Origin: a bacterium
GTDB lineage: Bacteria; DRYD01
Direction: 5' to 3'
DNA length: 64,000 nucleotides
Assembly: GCA_039630415.1 (NCBI GenBank)
Contig: JBCNVB010000011.1
Span: forward strand, 987 to 64,986
Under the pieces are notes generated by a model. That model was not told where the DNA came from, did no database searches, and was given only the letters and a program-made list of their open reading frames with translations. Below, piece after piece: positions 1 to 10,096 of this stretch. How positions within the stretch are numbered: position 1 is the first letter of the stretch; each line of letters starts with the position of its first letter. The position numbers and the translations under genes were made by a program.

Positions 1-2
1 CA

Positions 3-719
3 AGTATATTGGAGAGTTTTTCTAATGCTGTTAATGGACTGTTTGAAGCTTTTTATCAGGAGAGAAATTTAAGGATACATTTGATAATAGCTTTATTTGT
101 TTTTTTTGTATGTATGTTTCTAAGTTTAGCGTTGTGGGAAATTGTGATAATTATTTGTGTTGTTTTTCTTGTTTTTATTACGGAGTTATTTAATACAGCG
201 ATAGAAATATTGGCTGATAAGGTTGAAAAAAACAAGGATGAACAGATAAAATTGGTAAAAGATATAGCTGCTTCTGCAGTTATGCTTTCTTCGATATTAG
301 CCGTTATTGTTGGGATGATTATTTTCTCTAGGAAATTATTTGCTACTACTCCTGCAGTTATTCAAAAATTGTCTTCTTTACCTGAGTACGTTTATATATT
401 TGTTTTTATGATTGTTTTAATTAGTTCTATGGGTGTAAAGGTATGGTATATGCGGATTAAGGGTAAGAGTACGAATGTTCAGGGTGGGATTATCAGCGTT
501 CATTCTGCTTTGGCTTTTTCAACTTTTACCTTTATAGTTATTCATAACTGGGAAGATTATGTATCATGGTTTATGGCTTTTATTTTAGCATTGTTGGTTG
601 TTCAAAGTAGGTTGGAAGCCAAGATTCATACTCTTTCTGAGTTAATAAATGGGGCACTGTTTGGAATTATTGCAACTCTTGTTTTAATTAATACTATAAA
701 CTTTTTGGCAAAATTCTGA
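3..719 (+). CDS. DgkA-family lipid kinase fused to a PAP2-like phosphatase domain; the 5' end probably lies outside the window
   Basis: The N-terminal half (SFSNAVNGLFEAFYQERNLRIH...ELFNTAIEILADKV...DIAASAVM) looks like DgkA/undecaprenol kinase. The C-terminal half has PAP2-like motifs: ISVHSA resembles PSGHS, and SRLEAKIHTLSELINGALFG resembles SRxxxxxHxxxD..G. The track ORF starts on TTG at 9, but the frame stays open back to base 3. The stop overlaps the next start (TGATG). Confidence 0.7.
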   Translation, partial: SILESFSNAVNGLFEAFYQERNLRIHLIIALFVFFVCMFLSLALWEIVIIICVVFLVFITELFNTAIEILADKVEKNKDEQIKLVKDIAASAVMLSSILAVIVGMIIFSRKLFATTPAVIQKLSSLPEYVYIFVFMIVLISSMGVKVWYMRIKGKSTNVQGGIISVHSALAFSTFTFIVIHNWEDYVSWFMAFILALLVVQSRLEAKIHTLSELINGALFGIIATLVLINTINFLAKF

Positions 720-2014
720 TGGATGATTTTATAAAGAACTTATTTTTTACATTTATTTTAATATTTTTGAATGGTTTTTTTGTATTAGCGGAGTTTGCCT
801 TAGTTTCCTCAAACCCTATAAAGTTAAAGAAACTTAAGTTTAGTTTACCTTACAAGCAGTACAATCGGATGGAACACTATTTGGCAACTTGTCAGGTAGG
901 TATTACTATTGCAAGTTTGGTTCTCGGATGGTTATCTGAACCTACCTTTGCGATAATCTTTGAAAGTATACTCAAGAAGGTTTTCAATATACAAGAAATT
1001 ATTTTTATATCTTCTCACACCTTAGCTATTGTTGTTGCTTTTAGTTTAGTAACTTTTTTACATTTGGTTTTAGGGGAACAAGTACCCAAATTAGTAGGAG
1101 TATATAATCCTGAGAGAGTTATAGTTATATGTTCTGTGTTTCTTGAATTATTCAGCTTTATCTTTTATCCTATGACATTCATAGTTAGAATTTTTCAGAA
1201 TAAGGTGGCTTCCTATTTGGGAGTTAATCCTTATCAACATAAGGAGTTGAAATTCACTGTAGAAGAGTTAAGAGATATAATTAAAAATGTTAAAGATGCT
1301 GGACAAATGAGTGAAACACTGTTTAACATGGTTAACTCTATTTTAGAACTCAACCGTTATAAAGTCAAGGATATTATGGTTCATCGTACCGATGTAGTTT
1401 ATATTAACCATACAGATAGAATAGAGAATGTTATTGATACTGTAGTTAATACATTGCACAGTAGATATCCAGTATACAAGGATAATATGGACAATATTAT
1501 TGGTATTCTTCATATTAAGGATATATTTTTAGCCATAAGAAAGAAAGTATTTAATGTGGGAGACGTGGTTAGATTGATAGATAGAAAGGTTTTGTATATA
1601 CCTGATAGTACGGATTTATTTACTGCTCTTAATCAAATGAAGAAAGAACAAGCTTTGATGGCTATAGTTGTTGATGAATATGGTGGAAATAAGGGAATAG
1701 TTACGTTTGATGATATACTTAGTAAAATCTTAGGGACTATATTAGATGAATTTGATCTTGGTAAGATTAAGGTTTGGGAAGTTAAAGATGGATATATTGT
1801 CTCTGCTGATACTTATATCTATGAGTTGCCAGATAAAATTAGAGAAAAATTTAACAATCCCAACATTATGGTATCAACTCTTGTATATGACCTGATGCGA
1901 GGAAGAAAGCCTTCCAAAGGTGAAATATTACAGTGTGGAAGATGCAAAATAAAAATACTGGAGGTTAAGGGAAATTCAATCAAGTACGTAAAGATCTATA
2001 CGGTAGATGGGTGA
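719..2014 (+). CDS. Hemolysin-family / CNNM-type membrane protein (DUF21 + CBS pair + CorC_HlyC)
   Basis: It has a four-helix hydrophobic N-terminus, a CBS pair (VKDIMVHRTDVVYI, HSRYPVYKDNMDNIIGILHIKD, MAIVVDEYGGNKGIVTFDDIL) and a CorC/HlyC-like C-terminus. Confidence 0.85.
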   Translation: MDDFIKNLFFTFILIFLNGFFVLAEFALVSSNPIKLKKLKFSLPYKQYNRMEHYLATCQVGITIASLVLGWLSEPTFAIIFESILKKVFNIQEIIFISSHTLAIVVAFSLVTFLHLVLGEQVPKLVGVYNPERVIVICSVFLELFSFIFYPMTFIVRIFQNKVASYLGVNPYQHKELKFTVEELRDIIKNVKDAGQMSETLFNMVNSILELNRYKVKDIMVHRTDVVYINHTDRIENVIDTVVNTLHSRYPVYKDNMDNIIGILHIKDIFLAIRKKVFNVGDVVRLIDRKVLYIPDSTDLFTALNQMKKEQALMAIVVDEYGGNKGIVTFDDILSKILGTILDEFDLGKIKVWEVKDGYIVSADTYIYELPDKIREKFNNPNIMVSTLVYDLMRGRKPSKGEILQCGRCKIKILEVKGNSIKYVKIYTVDG

Positions 2015-3245
2015 AATTGAAAATCAGAAATTATTTACTCTTATACTACCAGCAATACTTCTAATAATATTTACAATCAGAACAGTATATTACTTGCTAG
2101 TTTTTTGCTCACCATATATAGTAAAAAGTTACTCTCATTTACTAAAAAACTTAGAAATACCTGAGTATCTGTCAAGAAGGGAAAAATATATTTACTCTCT
2201 TTTGATATTATTCTACATTTTTAGTGTTGTTTACTTCGTACTTGCATTATTTTTTGATAGTAAATTAATTTATACCTGGATAACTTTATATTTTGTTGTG
2301 GTAATGTTCTTGGAATTGTTTGTGAAGGATGGAATATTCGTGACTATAAATAGACATCTAAAGTTGCTTCCTAGGGTTTTAGGTATTCTGAGATTTTTGA
2401 GATTTTTAGAACCTATAGTTAACATTGTCTCGTTCTTAAATTCAGCTCTTATCAAGATATTTAACCAGGATATTAACATAAGTAAAAAATACTTTTCTGA
2501 AATCGTGGTTTACTTGGATGATTTTGATTGGGATGATTATAGAGTGGAAATATTGGAGAAATTCCTAGCTATGAATGATACATTGGTTAGAGAAATTATG
2601 GTTCCTAGAATGGATATTGTGGCTTTTGAAGCTAATAAAAATATAAGTGAGGTTACAGCTACTATAATGAAATATGGATACTCAAAGTATCCAGTTTATG
2701 AAGAGAATATAGACAATATTATAGGTGTTGTTTTTCTTAAAGATATGCTCAAATATACTTTGACTAATCAGGGATTTATAAAGCTTAAGGATATAGCTCG
2801 TATCCCTCTTATAGTCCCTGAGTCCAAAAATTTATACGAACTACTAAGCATAATGAAACAGAATAGATCTTCAATAGCTATAGTAGTTGATGAGTACGGT
2901 GGTACTAGCGGTATTGTTACCATAACTGATCTAATTCAAGAATTACTTGGTAGAATAAGGGATGAACATGATAAGGAAACCGATGAAGAAAATATTAATA
3001 AACTATCTGCTAATGAATATGTTGTAAATCCAAAAATAGATATCTACACTCTAGAAGAATATCTGGGAGTTGATTTCCCTGACAAAGAAGAAAGAGAATA
3101 CACAACCCTTTCGGGATTAATATACACAAAGCTCGGTAGAATACCAAAAGAAGGAGAGGTAATCAATATGGACAATGTTATTCTTAAAATTTTGGAAATT
3201 AAAAAGAATAGAATAAGTAAGGTTCTAGTAAAGATAGGAACATGA
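2007..3245 (+). CDS. Second CBS-pair / CorC_HlyC membrane protein (paralog of the previous gene)
   Basis: Motifs VREIMVPRMDIVAF, GYSKYPVYEENIDNIIGVVFLKD and IAIVVDEYGGTSGIVTITDLIQELLG, plus a C-terminal CorC_HlyC-like segment. It overlaps the upstream gene by 8 nt. Confidence 0.8.
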   Translation: MGEIENQKLFTLILPAILLIIFTIRTVYYLLVFCSPYIVKSYSHLLKNLEIPEYLSRREKYIYSLLILFYIFSVVYFVLALFFDSKLIYTWITLYFVVVMFLELFVKDGIFVTINRHLKLLPRVLGILRFLRFLEPIVNIVSFLNSALIKIFNQDINISKKYFSEIVVYLDDFDWDDYRVEILEKFLAMNDTLVREIMVPRMDIVAFEANKNISEVTATIMKYGYSKYPVYEENIDNIIGVVFLKDMLKYTLTNQGFIKLKDIARIPLIVPESKNLYELLSIMKQNRSSIAIVVDEYGGTSGIVTITDLIQELLGRIRDEHDKETDEENINKLSANEYVVNPKIDIYTLEEYLGVDFPDKEEREYTTLSGLIYTKLGRIPKEGEVINMDNVILKILEIKKNRISKVLVKIGT

Positions 3246-4849
3246 TAGAGGAGATATTGCTATTAGTTCAAGTTTTACCACCATTTATATCATCTAAAAT
3301 AGAAAAACACCCTAGAATAAATGACATTATTGAAATAGTAATGGATGTTGGTAGAACACCAGAAATAAGATTTCCAGATGATTTCGAAATAATATCCTCT
3401 AGAGAAATAATGTATGACGATATTGAATATGTTGTAAAAAGAATAGGTGAATTTGGTAGAGATAATAGAGCTGGTATACCCAGAACTCTTCATAGAATAT
3501 CTGCTATAAGAAATAGGAATGGTTTAATCGTTGGTTTAACTTGTAGGGTTGGTAGGGCAGTTTATGGTGCCGCTGACATAATCATCGATTATATTAAAAC
3601 TGGTAAAAGTATACTACTACTCGGTAAACCTGGAGTAGGTAAAACAACAATCCTTAGAGAAACTGCTAGAATAATAAATGATAATCTAAAGAAGAGAGTT
3701 GTTATTGTTGATACATCGAATGAAATAGGTGGTGATGGAGATATACCTCATCCTGCAATAGGCAGAGCAAGAAGGATGCAAGTTCCAATGCCAGAACTAC
3801 AGCACAAAGTTATGATCGAAGCTGTAGAAAATCATATGCCTGAAGTAATAATCATAGATGAGATGGGTACTCAAGAGGAAGCGTACGCAGCCAGAACCAT
3901 CGCTGAAAGAGGAGTACAACTAATAGCTACAGCACATGGGAACAATCTAGAAAATCTTATCCTTAACCCAACACTTTCTGATCTAGTGGGGGGAATTCAA
4001 GCTGTTATACTTAGTGATGAAGAAGCTAAGCGAAGAGGTACTCAAAAAACTGTTCTCGAAAGAAAAAACCCACCTACTTTTGACATATTAGTTGAAATAA
4101 TTGATAGGCAAACTTTTTCAATTTATTCAAATGTTGCACTTGCTGTCGATATGATCCTCAAAGGTTTACCCGTAAAACCAGAAATAAGAATTAGAGATAA
4201 TGACAGCTTTAAAATTATCCAAAAAGAATACTACTACGATTATACACCGAAAAAAAATACAAGTACTTTTTTCTTTAAAGAAACTACTTCATTTAAAGAA
4301 AATGCTTTGAAACAAATCTCTCTACAGGAAAGCATAAGTGAAGGTTTACAAGGAAATAAGCAAGCAAAGTATGAGGAAAGAAGATATAAAATATATCCTT
4401 TTGCTGTAAGTATAGATAGACTACAAAGAGCAATAGATGATTTATCTTTGCCAATTGATATTGTTTTGGATATTAATCAAGCTGACTTTGTTATAACACT
4501 CAAATCTAAAAAACAAGAGGTAGAAAAAAGAATACAAAAAAATCCTTCCCTGCACTTTTTACAAAAAAATATAATGTTTGTTAGAAGTAATACTTTTACT
4601 CAGATATCAAAAATACTGGATCAACACTTTGAATCCAATAATCCTCAGGCAATAAATGATTTGGTAAAAGAGATAGAGGAAAAAGTAAAAAAGATGTATG
4701 AAATGGGTTTAGATAAGATAGAGTTGGATCCTCAACCATCTGATATAAGAAAAATACAACATGAGTTGATTCAAAAGTATGGTTTATACTCTAGAAGTGA
4801 AGGTGAAGAACCTTATAGAAGGGTCGTTATATACAAAAAGGGGTTCTAG
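3242..4849 (+). CDS. Ycf45 / SpoIIIAA-like AAA ATPase with C-terminal R3H domain
   Basis: Walker A LLGKPGVGKTT, Walker B VIIIDEMG, TAHG. The C-terminus (IRKIQHELIQKYGLYSRSEGEEPYRRVVIY) has the R-x3-H pattern. ATGA start/stop overlap with the upstream gene. Confidence 0.75.
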   Translation: MIEEILLLVQVLPPFISSKIEKHPRINDIIEIVMDVGRTPEIRFPDDFEIISSREIMYDDIEYVVKRIGEFGRDNRAGIPRTLHRISAIRNRNGLIVGLTCRVGRAVYGAADIIIDYIKTGKSILLLGKPGVGKTTILRETARIINDNLKKRVVIVDTSNEIGGDGDIPHPAIGRARRMQVPMPELQHKVMIEAVENHMPEVIIIDEMGTQEEAYAARTIAERGVQLIATAHGNNLENLILNPTLSDLVGGIQAVILSDEEAKRRGTQKTVLERKNPPTFDILVEIIDRQTFSIYSNVALAVDMILKGLPVKPEIRIRDNDSFKIIQKEYYYDYTPKKNTSTFFFKETTSFKENALKQISLQESISEGLQGNKQAKYEERRYKIYPFAVSIDRLQRAIDDLSLPIDIVLDINQADFVITLKSKKQEVEKRIQKNPSLHFLQKNIMFVRSNTFTQISKILDQHFESNNPQAINDLVKEIEEKVKKMYEMGLDKIELDPQPSDIRKIQHELIQKYGLYSRSEGEEPYRRVVIYKKGF

Positions 4850-5598
4850 GTAATAATTACAAAGTTTTGTTTTAGTTTCTTTTCGTATTCCATTGTATAC
4901 ATTAGCTTTTGGATCAAATTGTTTAGTTCTTCCATAATTTGGTTTGAATCTTGTAACGAGGGTTGAATTATGGTCGATACAACTGAAATTGTCAAAATAA
5001 ATGGAAAATCTCTTTTACAGTATTCTAAGACTGATTTTTGTAGTCTATTCAAAATTTTGTGTGTTTTCCCCATGTCTACTTCTGACAAAAATAGTAGAAA
5101 ACATTTTATGTTAAATCTACTAAGTATATCGATATTTTGTCTAATTTTGCTTTTTAGTATTTCTGATATTTTAAAGAAGATAGACACTGCTTGATGGTAA
5201 GAGAATCTATTAACTAGGTTTTCAAATTCATCTATTTCTATTAAAGCCAAAGCAAATTCTTTTTTCTTTCTTTTCAGAATAGAGTATAAGGTTTCATACT
5301 TTATGAAAAATCCTCTGAAATTTAGTAGTTCTGTTTCATTGTCTATAAACGATTCATTTATTGGTTCTAGAATTATTGCTTGTTTTTCTTTTTCTAGATT
5401 GATTTGTTTTAGTTGGTACAGTTGGCTATTAAGGATAACATTTGTTTTTTTTAGTTCTTGAAAATCTATTTTAGTCGTTTGCATTATTTCAAGCGCTTTG
5501 TTGTTCATCCATTCATATTCTTTTGTTTTTTGATTAATTATCACAATAGGTATGTTTAAATTGTTAATTATTTTTTCAAGGTATTCATGTATTTGCAT
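4846..5598 (-). CDS. Degenerate GGDEF-domain protein with PAS-like N-terminus
   Basis: DNETELLNFRGFFIKYE...FALALIEIDEFENLVNRFSYHQAVSIFFKISEILK...LSRFNIKCFLLFL follows the GGDEF-domain layout, but the GG(D/E)EF signature is replaced by NIKCF. Confidence 0.5.
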   Translation of the reverse strand: MQIHEYLEKIINNLNIPIVIINQKTKEYEWMNNKALEIMQTTKIDFQELKKTNVILNSQLYQLKQINLEKEKQAIILEPINESFIDNETELLNFRGFFIKYETLYSILKRKKKEFALALIEIDEFENLVNRFSYHQAVSIFFKISEILKSKIRQNIDILSRFNIKCFLLFLSEVDMGKTHKILNRLQKSVLEYCKRDFPFILTISVVSTIIQPSLQDSNQIMEELNNLIQKLMYTMEYEKKLKQNFVIIT

Positions 5599-5603
5599 GT
5601 TTT

Positions 5604-6146
5604 TTATATTGAGTTATATCCGTTCAATATAGCTCTTATTCTTTCTTCTGTTGAGGGGTGTGTTCTAAAATATGGGTGGGTATAGTCTGCGTATACGTTG
5701 TATCTTTTGAGCAGATCTATGAAGGGTTCGAGGGGTAGGTTATACATTTTAAGTGCTCTACCTGCGTAGTAATCAGCTTCTAGTTCCTTTTGTTGGCTAA
5801 ATATATTTGTGGATATGTTCTGTCCACTCATCCATTGGTGAAGGAAAATCTGTGGGACATGGTTTAAAACTTCGTGTGCCCATTCGTGTGCTAGTACTCC
5901 AAATATTGCTTCATAACTTTCATTTTCTACCATCGTTGGATCTATATACACTATTCTTTGCCCAGTGGCCATTGCTCCTAACTGTGTTGGATATACCTGG
6001 ACTATGATAGTTGTTCCATATATGTAGTTTAGCTTTGATGATATGTCTATTAGTTGTTCATTAGTTACTCTTGAGAAACAAGTACTTATCGTTATCAATA
6101 TTGCTAATAATAGTGTTATCACTTTCCTCAATACTTTATACCCCAT
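5604..6146 (-). CDS. Secreted/lipoprotein zinc metalloprotease, M48-like (HExxH)
   Basis: Signal peptide with a possible lipobox (TISTC). HEWAHEVLNH metal-binding motif with a downstream ELEADYYA. Small size is typical of YfgC/HtpX-like peptidase modules. Confidence 0.6.
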   Translation of the reverse strand: MGYKVLRKVITLLLAILITISTCFSRVTNEQLIDISSKLNYIYGTTIIVQVYPTQLGAMATGQRIVYIDPTMVENESYEAIFGVLAHEWAHEVLNHVPQIFLHQWMSGQNISTNIFSQQKELEADYYAGRALKMYNLPLEPFIDLLKRYNVYADYTHPYFRTHPSTEERIRAILNGYNSI

Positions 6147-6193
6147 TCTTTATCTTAATTGGATAATTTTGTATGTTTTCCCTACGGTATAAT

Positions 6194-7366
6194 TCATTGA
6201 GCTTCTAGTTTAACCTGTTTTGTTATGCGTTTATTCAATCTTAATAGATGGATTTTAACTATTTCTGAGGGTTTATATTTTTCAAGGGTTTTGTTATAGT
6301 CTATAGTGTTTGTGATTATGTGGTTATCGATAGCTGTAATTATATCACCTTTTTTAATATCTACTTTGTAAGCTGGGCTATCGACTATTACTTCGTTTAC
6401 TATTACTCCATAGGTATTGGATAGTCCTAGGAATCTCATAATTTCTGGTGTTAGGTCGGATACTATGACTCCTAGGTAAGGTCTTATTACTTTTCCGAAT
6501 TTTTCTAGATCGGATATGACTTTTTTAACTTTATTAGAAGCTATTGCAAACCCCAGACCTTGTGCCGTAACTACAACTGCTGTATTTACTCCAACAACTT
6601 TACCTTCTAGATTTATGAGTGGACCTCCTGAATTACCTGGATTTATTGGAGCGTCAGTTTGAATGAGATCCTCTAGATATAAACCTTGCACTTCTAGACT
6701 TCTATTTTTAGCAGATATAACTCCTACAGTAGCACTGTAATCGAATCCATAAGGGTTCCCCACTGCTATTACCCATTCACCTATTTTTAGATCATCTGAG
6801 TTAGCAAATTCTAGAGGTTCAAAATTTTGGGTTGTATTTATTTTTAGTAATGCTAGATCAGTATATTTGTCGGATCCGACAATTGAAGCGGTGTATTTTT
6901 CATTTCTTCCCGGAAAAGTTACATATATTTCTTGAGCTTTTTCTACTACGTGATTATTGGTGATTAGAAACTTTTTTTGATTGTCTATAATGAATCCAGA
7001 ACCTAATCCCTGGTTTTTGAACATTTTTTCCCATTCTTTACCAAAGAAGTATTTGAATAGTTCATCCCATTCTTTAGACCATGGAGTTCCTGAGTTTACT
7101 ACTATATCTATTCTGGCTACACTTTTTGTAACTTTTTCTATGACCTTAACAAATGTTTTATCATCCGCATCCTTTATCACTACATTCTGTTGATAGATTA
7201 CTTTTTGGGTTTGTAACTGTGTTTGTTGCTGCTGTAAGTTCTGTGTTTGAGTATTTGGGGATAAAAAGTTATATGTTATTAGTGATCCTGTTATTCCACC
7301 TAATGTAGCACCAATAAAAATCGATATTATCATTACCAAAAATAGGTTCTTATTCATATTAATCAA
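6194..7366 (-). CDS. htrA: HtrA/DegP-family serine protease with one PDZ domain
   Basis: TNNHVV (His), TDLALLK (Asp), GNSGGPL (Ser) and a C-terminal PDZ-like segment (GVIVNEVIVDSPAYKVDIKKGDIITAIDN). Confidence 0.9.
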   Translation of the reverse strand: MINMNKNLFLVMIISIFIGATLGGITGSLITYNFLSPNTQTQNLQQQQTQLQTQKVIYQQNVVIKDADDKTFVKVIEKVTKSVARIDIVVNSGTPWSKEWDELFKYFFGKEWEKMFKNQGLGSGFIIDNQKKFLITNNHVVEKAQEIYVTFPGRNEKYTASIVGSDKYTDLALLKINTTQNFEPLEFANSDDLKIGEWVIAVGNPYGFDYSATVGVISAKNRSLEVQGLYLEDLIQTDAPINPGNSGGPLINLEGKVVGVNTAVVVTAQGLGFAIASNKVKKVISDLEKFGKVIRPYLGVIVSDLTPEIMRFLGLSNTYGVIVNEVIVDSPAYKVDIKKGDIITAIDNHIITNTIDYNKTLEKYKPSEIVKIHLLRLNKRITKQVKLEAQ

Positions 7367-7444
7367 CCTCCTTACTCATATTAAGTATTTCTATATTCAA
7401 AAGGATTCTCTTTTTGCCTTACAAAAAATATCATTGAAGCAGGT

Positions 7445-9610
7445 ATGGTCAAAAGTAGAGAAATATTGTTCAGTTTGGTAATTATTTTAGGTTCTCTTTT
7501 AATAGTTATTGGCTTGCTTAATGATTCTGTATTAGCTGAAAGAGATGTTAGGCTTTATGAATTGAAGAAATTTTTGTTTAATTTGTTGGGATGGAAGTTT
7601 TTTGTTTTACCCTTACTTTTGCTATTGGGAGCCATGTATCTGATTGGAGATAGAAGTAAAAATTTTGGATTATACTTGATAAATATTCTGCTTCTTTTTT
7701 TGGGTATAGTTTTACTTTTCCCCGATCCTTTATCAGTTGTAGGCAAATTTGGGCTGTTGTTAAATTCTTTTCTTGGATCTATTCTTTCTTTTTTCATTGG
7801 GCTTTCTTTAATAGTCACATCAATTATTTATTTCTTTGATATACCTTTGGTGGATCTGTTGGAAAACAAAATTCCTTCTTTGATTAATTTTATTTTTAAA
7901 TTTAGCTTTGAATTTACAAAAAAAGTTATTGTTTTTGTTTTGGACTTGCTTGATTTTTTAGGTGGTAAGTTAGTTAGGTATATAATTGGATCAAAAAATA
8001 GTAAGATAAATGAGAAAAACACTAGGATTAGTAGAATTGAACAAAATCCTCAAAATGCAAAGAAAACAATCAATCAAGTTAATTCTTCTGAAGTAAAAAA
8101 TGAGCAAACACAAGTAAAGAAAAGGATATCTTTTGATTTTGAGCTTTCACAAGATGATTTACAAAAAAACAGTATAGCACAGGTTGATGGATATTATATA
8201 CCTTCTCCCTTTTTTCTTCAATCTTTTGTATCTAAAATATATCCGCGTTTGAAGGGGAATACTACCAAGGATTATAGTGAAATTTTGGAGGAAACTCTTA
8301 AGAATTTTGGGATTGCTTCCAAAGTGATTGATGTTCAGATAGGTCCTTCAATTACAAGATATGAGCTTCAGATAGAAAAAGGCGTTAAAGTATCCCAAAT
8401 ATTGAGACTAAAAAATGACATAGCATTAGCATTAGCTGCTATAGCTGTTAGAATAGAGGCACCTATACCCGGTAAATCCGCAATAGGAATAGAAGTACCT
8501 AATGACAAGCCTGTTCCTGTTTACCTTTCAGACATATTAACTGGAGAGGAATTTATAAATTCTACTTATGAGATTCCACTTGCTATTGGAAAGGATACTT
8601 CTGGAAATGTGGTCCTATGTGATCTAACTAAAACTCCTCATCTTTTGATAGCTGGTTCCACTGGTTCTGGTAAAACGGTATGTATAAATTCAATCATTTG
8701 TAGTATGTTATTTAAGTTTCCTCCTACAAAGCTACAATTATTACTAATAGATCCCAAGATGGTTGAATTAATATTGTATGAAGGAATTCCACATGTTATT
8801 GATATAGTTACCGATGTTAAAAAAGCTCCAAATGCACTGCTTAGTATGGTAAAAACAATGGAGGATAGGTATAAACTCTTCAGCACAAAAAAGGTGAGAA
8901 ACATACAAGAATATAATTCTTTGCAAGATGTGGATAAGTTACCGTATATAGTTATAGTGATAGATGAGTTAGCGGATCTTATGATGACTTCATCAAATGC
9001 TGTTGAGTCACATATAGCGCGTTTAACACAGCTTGCGAGGGCTGCGGGTATTCATTTGATTATAGCTACTCAAAGACCTTCCGCAAATGTTATAACAGGA
9101 GTAATAAAAGCAAACATTCCTTCTAGGATAGCTTTTGCTGTAGCTAGTCAAGTTGACTCTCGAGTAATTCTTGACATTGCAGGAGCAGAGAATTTAATAG
9201 GAAGAGGGGATATGCTTTATATGCCAATAGGTTCCACTAGACCTATAAGAGCACAAGGATGCTTCGTAGGATTAAAGGAAATAGAGTTAATTGTCAAATA
9301 TTGGCAGTTGCAACCCAAACCAGATAATCTTACTCCTATAAATCTTGAGGTAACAACTGACATAAGTTTTGAAAGTACTGAAGAGGATCCAGAGTTGCTA
9401 AAACAAGCAGCCAAGATTATACTTGAAGATAAAAAAGCTTCTACAACTCTACTTCAACGTAAACTTAGAGTAGGTTTTGCCAAAGCAGGCAGAATTATGG
9501 ATATTCTAGAAAAAATGAACATAGTTGGTCCTCAAGAAGGTAGTAAACCTAGAAAGATACTTATTCAAAATTTCGAAGAAATTGAAAAGATCTTCAGGAA
9601 ACAGTCTTAG
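7445..9610 (+). CDS. ftsK: DNA translocase FtsK/SpoIIIE
   Basis: Polytopic N-terminus, Walker A GSTGSGKT, VIVIDELADLMM, ATQRPS, and a gamma-domain winged helix (TTLLQRKLRVGFAKAGRIMDILE). Confidence 0.9.
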   Translation: MVKSREILFSLVIILGSLLIVIGLLNDSVLAERDVRLYELKKFLFNLLGWKFFVLPLLLLLGAMYLIGDRSKNFGLYLINILLLFLGIVLLFPDPLSVVGKFGLLLNSFLGSILSFFIGLSLIVTSIIYFFDIPLVDLLENKIPSLINFIFKFSFEFTKKVIVFVLDLLDFLGGKLVRYIIGSKNSKINEKNTRISRIEQNPQNAKKTINQVNSSEVKNEQTQVKKRISFDFELSQDDLQKNSIAQVDGYYIPSPFFLQSFVSKIYPRLKGNTTKDYSEILEETLKNFGIASKVIDVQIGPSITRYELQIEKGVKVSQILRLKNDIALALAAIAVRIEAPIPGKSAIGIEVPNDKPVPVYLSDILTGEEFINSTYEIPLAIGKDTSGNVVLCDLTKTPHLLIAGSTGSGKTVCINSIICSMLFKFPPTKLQLLLIDPKMVELILYEGIPHVIDIVTDVKKAPNALLSMVKTMEDRYKLFSTKKVRNIQEYNSLQDVDKLPYIVIVIDELADLMMTSSNAVESHIARLTQLARAAGIHLIIATQRPSANVITGVIKANIPSRIAFAVASQVDSRVILDIAGAENLIGRGDMLYMPIGSTRPIRAQGCFVGLKEIELIVKYWQLQPKPDNLTPINLEVTTDISFESTEEDPELLKQAAKIILEDKKASTTLLQRKLRVGFAKAGRIMDILEKMNIVGPQEGSKPRKILIQNFEEIEKIFRKQS

Positions 9611-9660
9611 TAAAAGGATAGTTTAAGAAGGTAGATAATTCTATCAGGGGGGTAAGAAAA

Positions 9661-10089
9661 ATGCATGCTAAGATACTAGTAGCGCACGACGGTTCCGAAA
9701 ATTCACAAAGGGCATTCAATAAAGCCATTGAACTTATTAATAATTTCGCTGAAAAAAATAAAGTAGAAATCCTTGTAGTTAGTGTTATTCAAATTTCTGA
9801 TCTACCAGAAATAGCTGAAAATCAAGCAATTATAGATTACTTTAGAAAATATTACAAAGAGGTTCATTCCAATCTAGCAGAAATAGCTCAGAAGAATGAT
9901 ATAAAGCTGAACTCTTATATTCTAGTGGGAAATCCTTCAATTGAAATTATAAATTTTGCTAAAGAAAATAGGGTAGACTTAATAGTAGTAGGAAAAACTG
10001 GAAAATCAAAAATAGAGCAGTGGCTTTTGGGAAGCGTATCAAAGAAAATTATAGATCACGCACCCTGTAGTGTGCTAATGGTAAATTAA
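9661..10089 (+). CDS. Universal stress protein (UspA family)
   Basis: ILVAHDGSENSQRA...DLIVVGKTGKSKIEQWLLGSVSKKIIDHAPCSVLMV is a canonical Usp ATP-binding layout. Confidence 0.85.
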   Translation: MHAKILVAHDGSENSQRAFNKAIELINNFAEKNKVEILVVSVIQISDLPEIAENQAIIDYFRKYYKEVHSNLAEIAQKNDIKLNSYILVGNPSIEIINFAKENRVDLIVVGKTGKSKIEQWLLGSVSKKIIDHAPCSVLMVN

Positions 10090-10096
10090 CATTAAG

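Noticed and set aside
2270-2479. Many 60-130 aa antisense or out-of-frame ORFs appear in the track (for example 2270-2479, 3290-3493, 7555-7818, 13276-13566, 20187-20531, 38684-39055, 43303-43599, 46852-47163, 52642-52983, 54112-54498).
   Set aside because: All of them lie inside longer ORFs that have clear family motifs on the other strand or frame. They have low-complexity, hydrophobic or Ile/Phe/Ser-rich compositions typical of shadow ORFs in AT-rich DNA, and they lack SD sequences.
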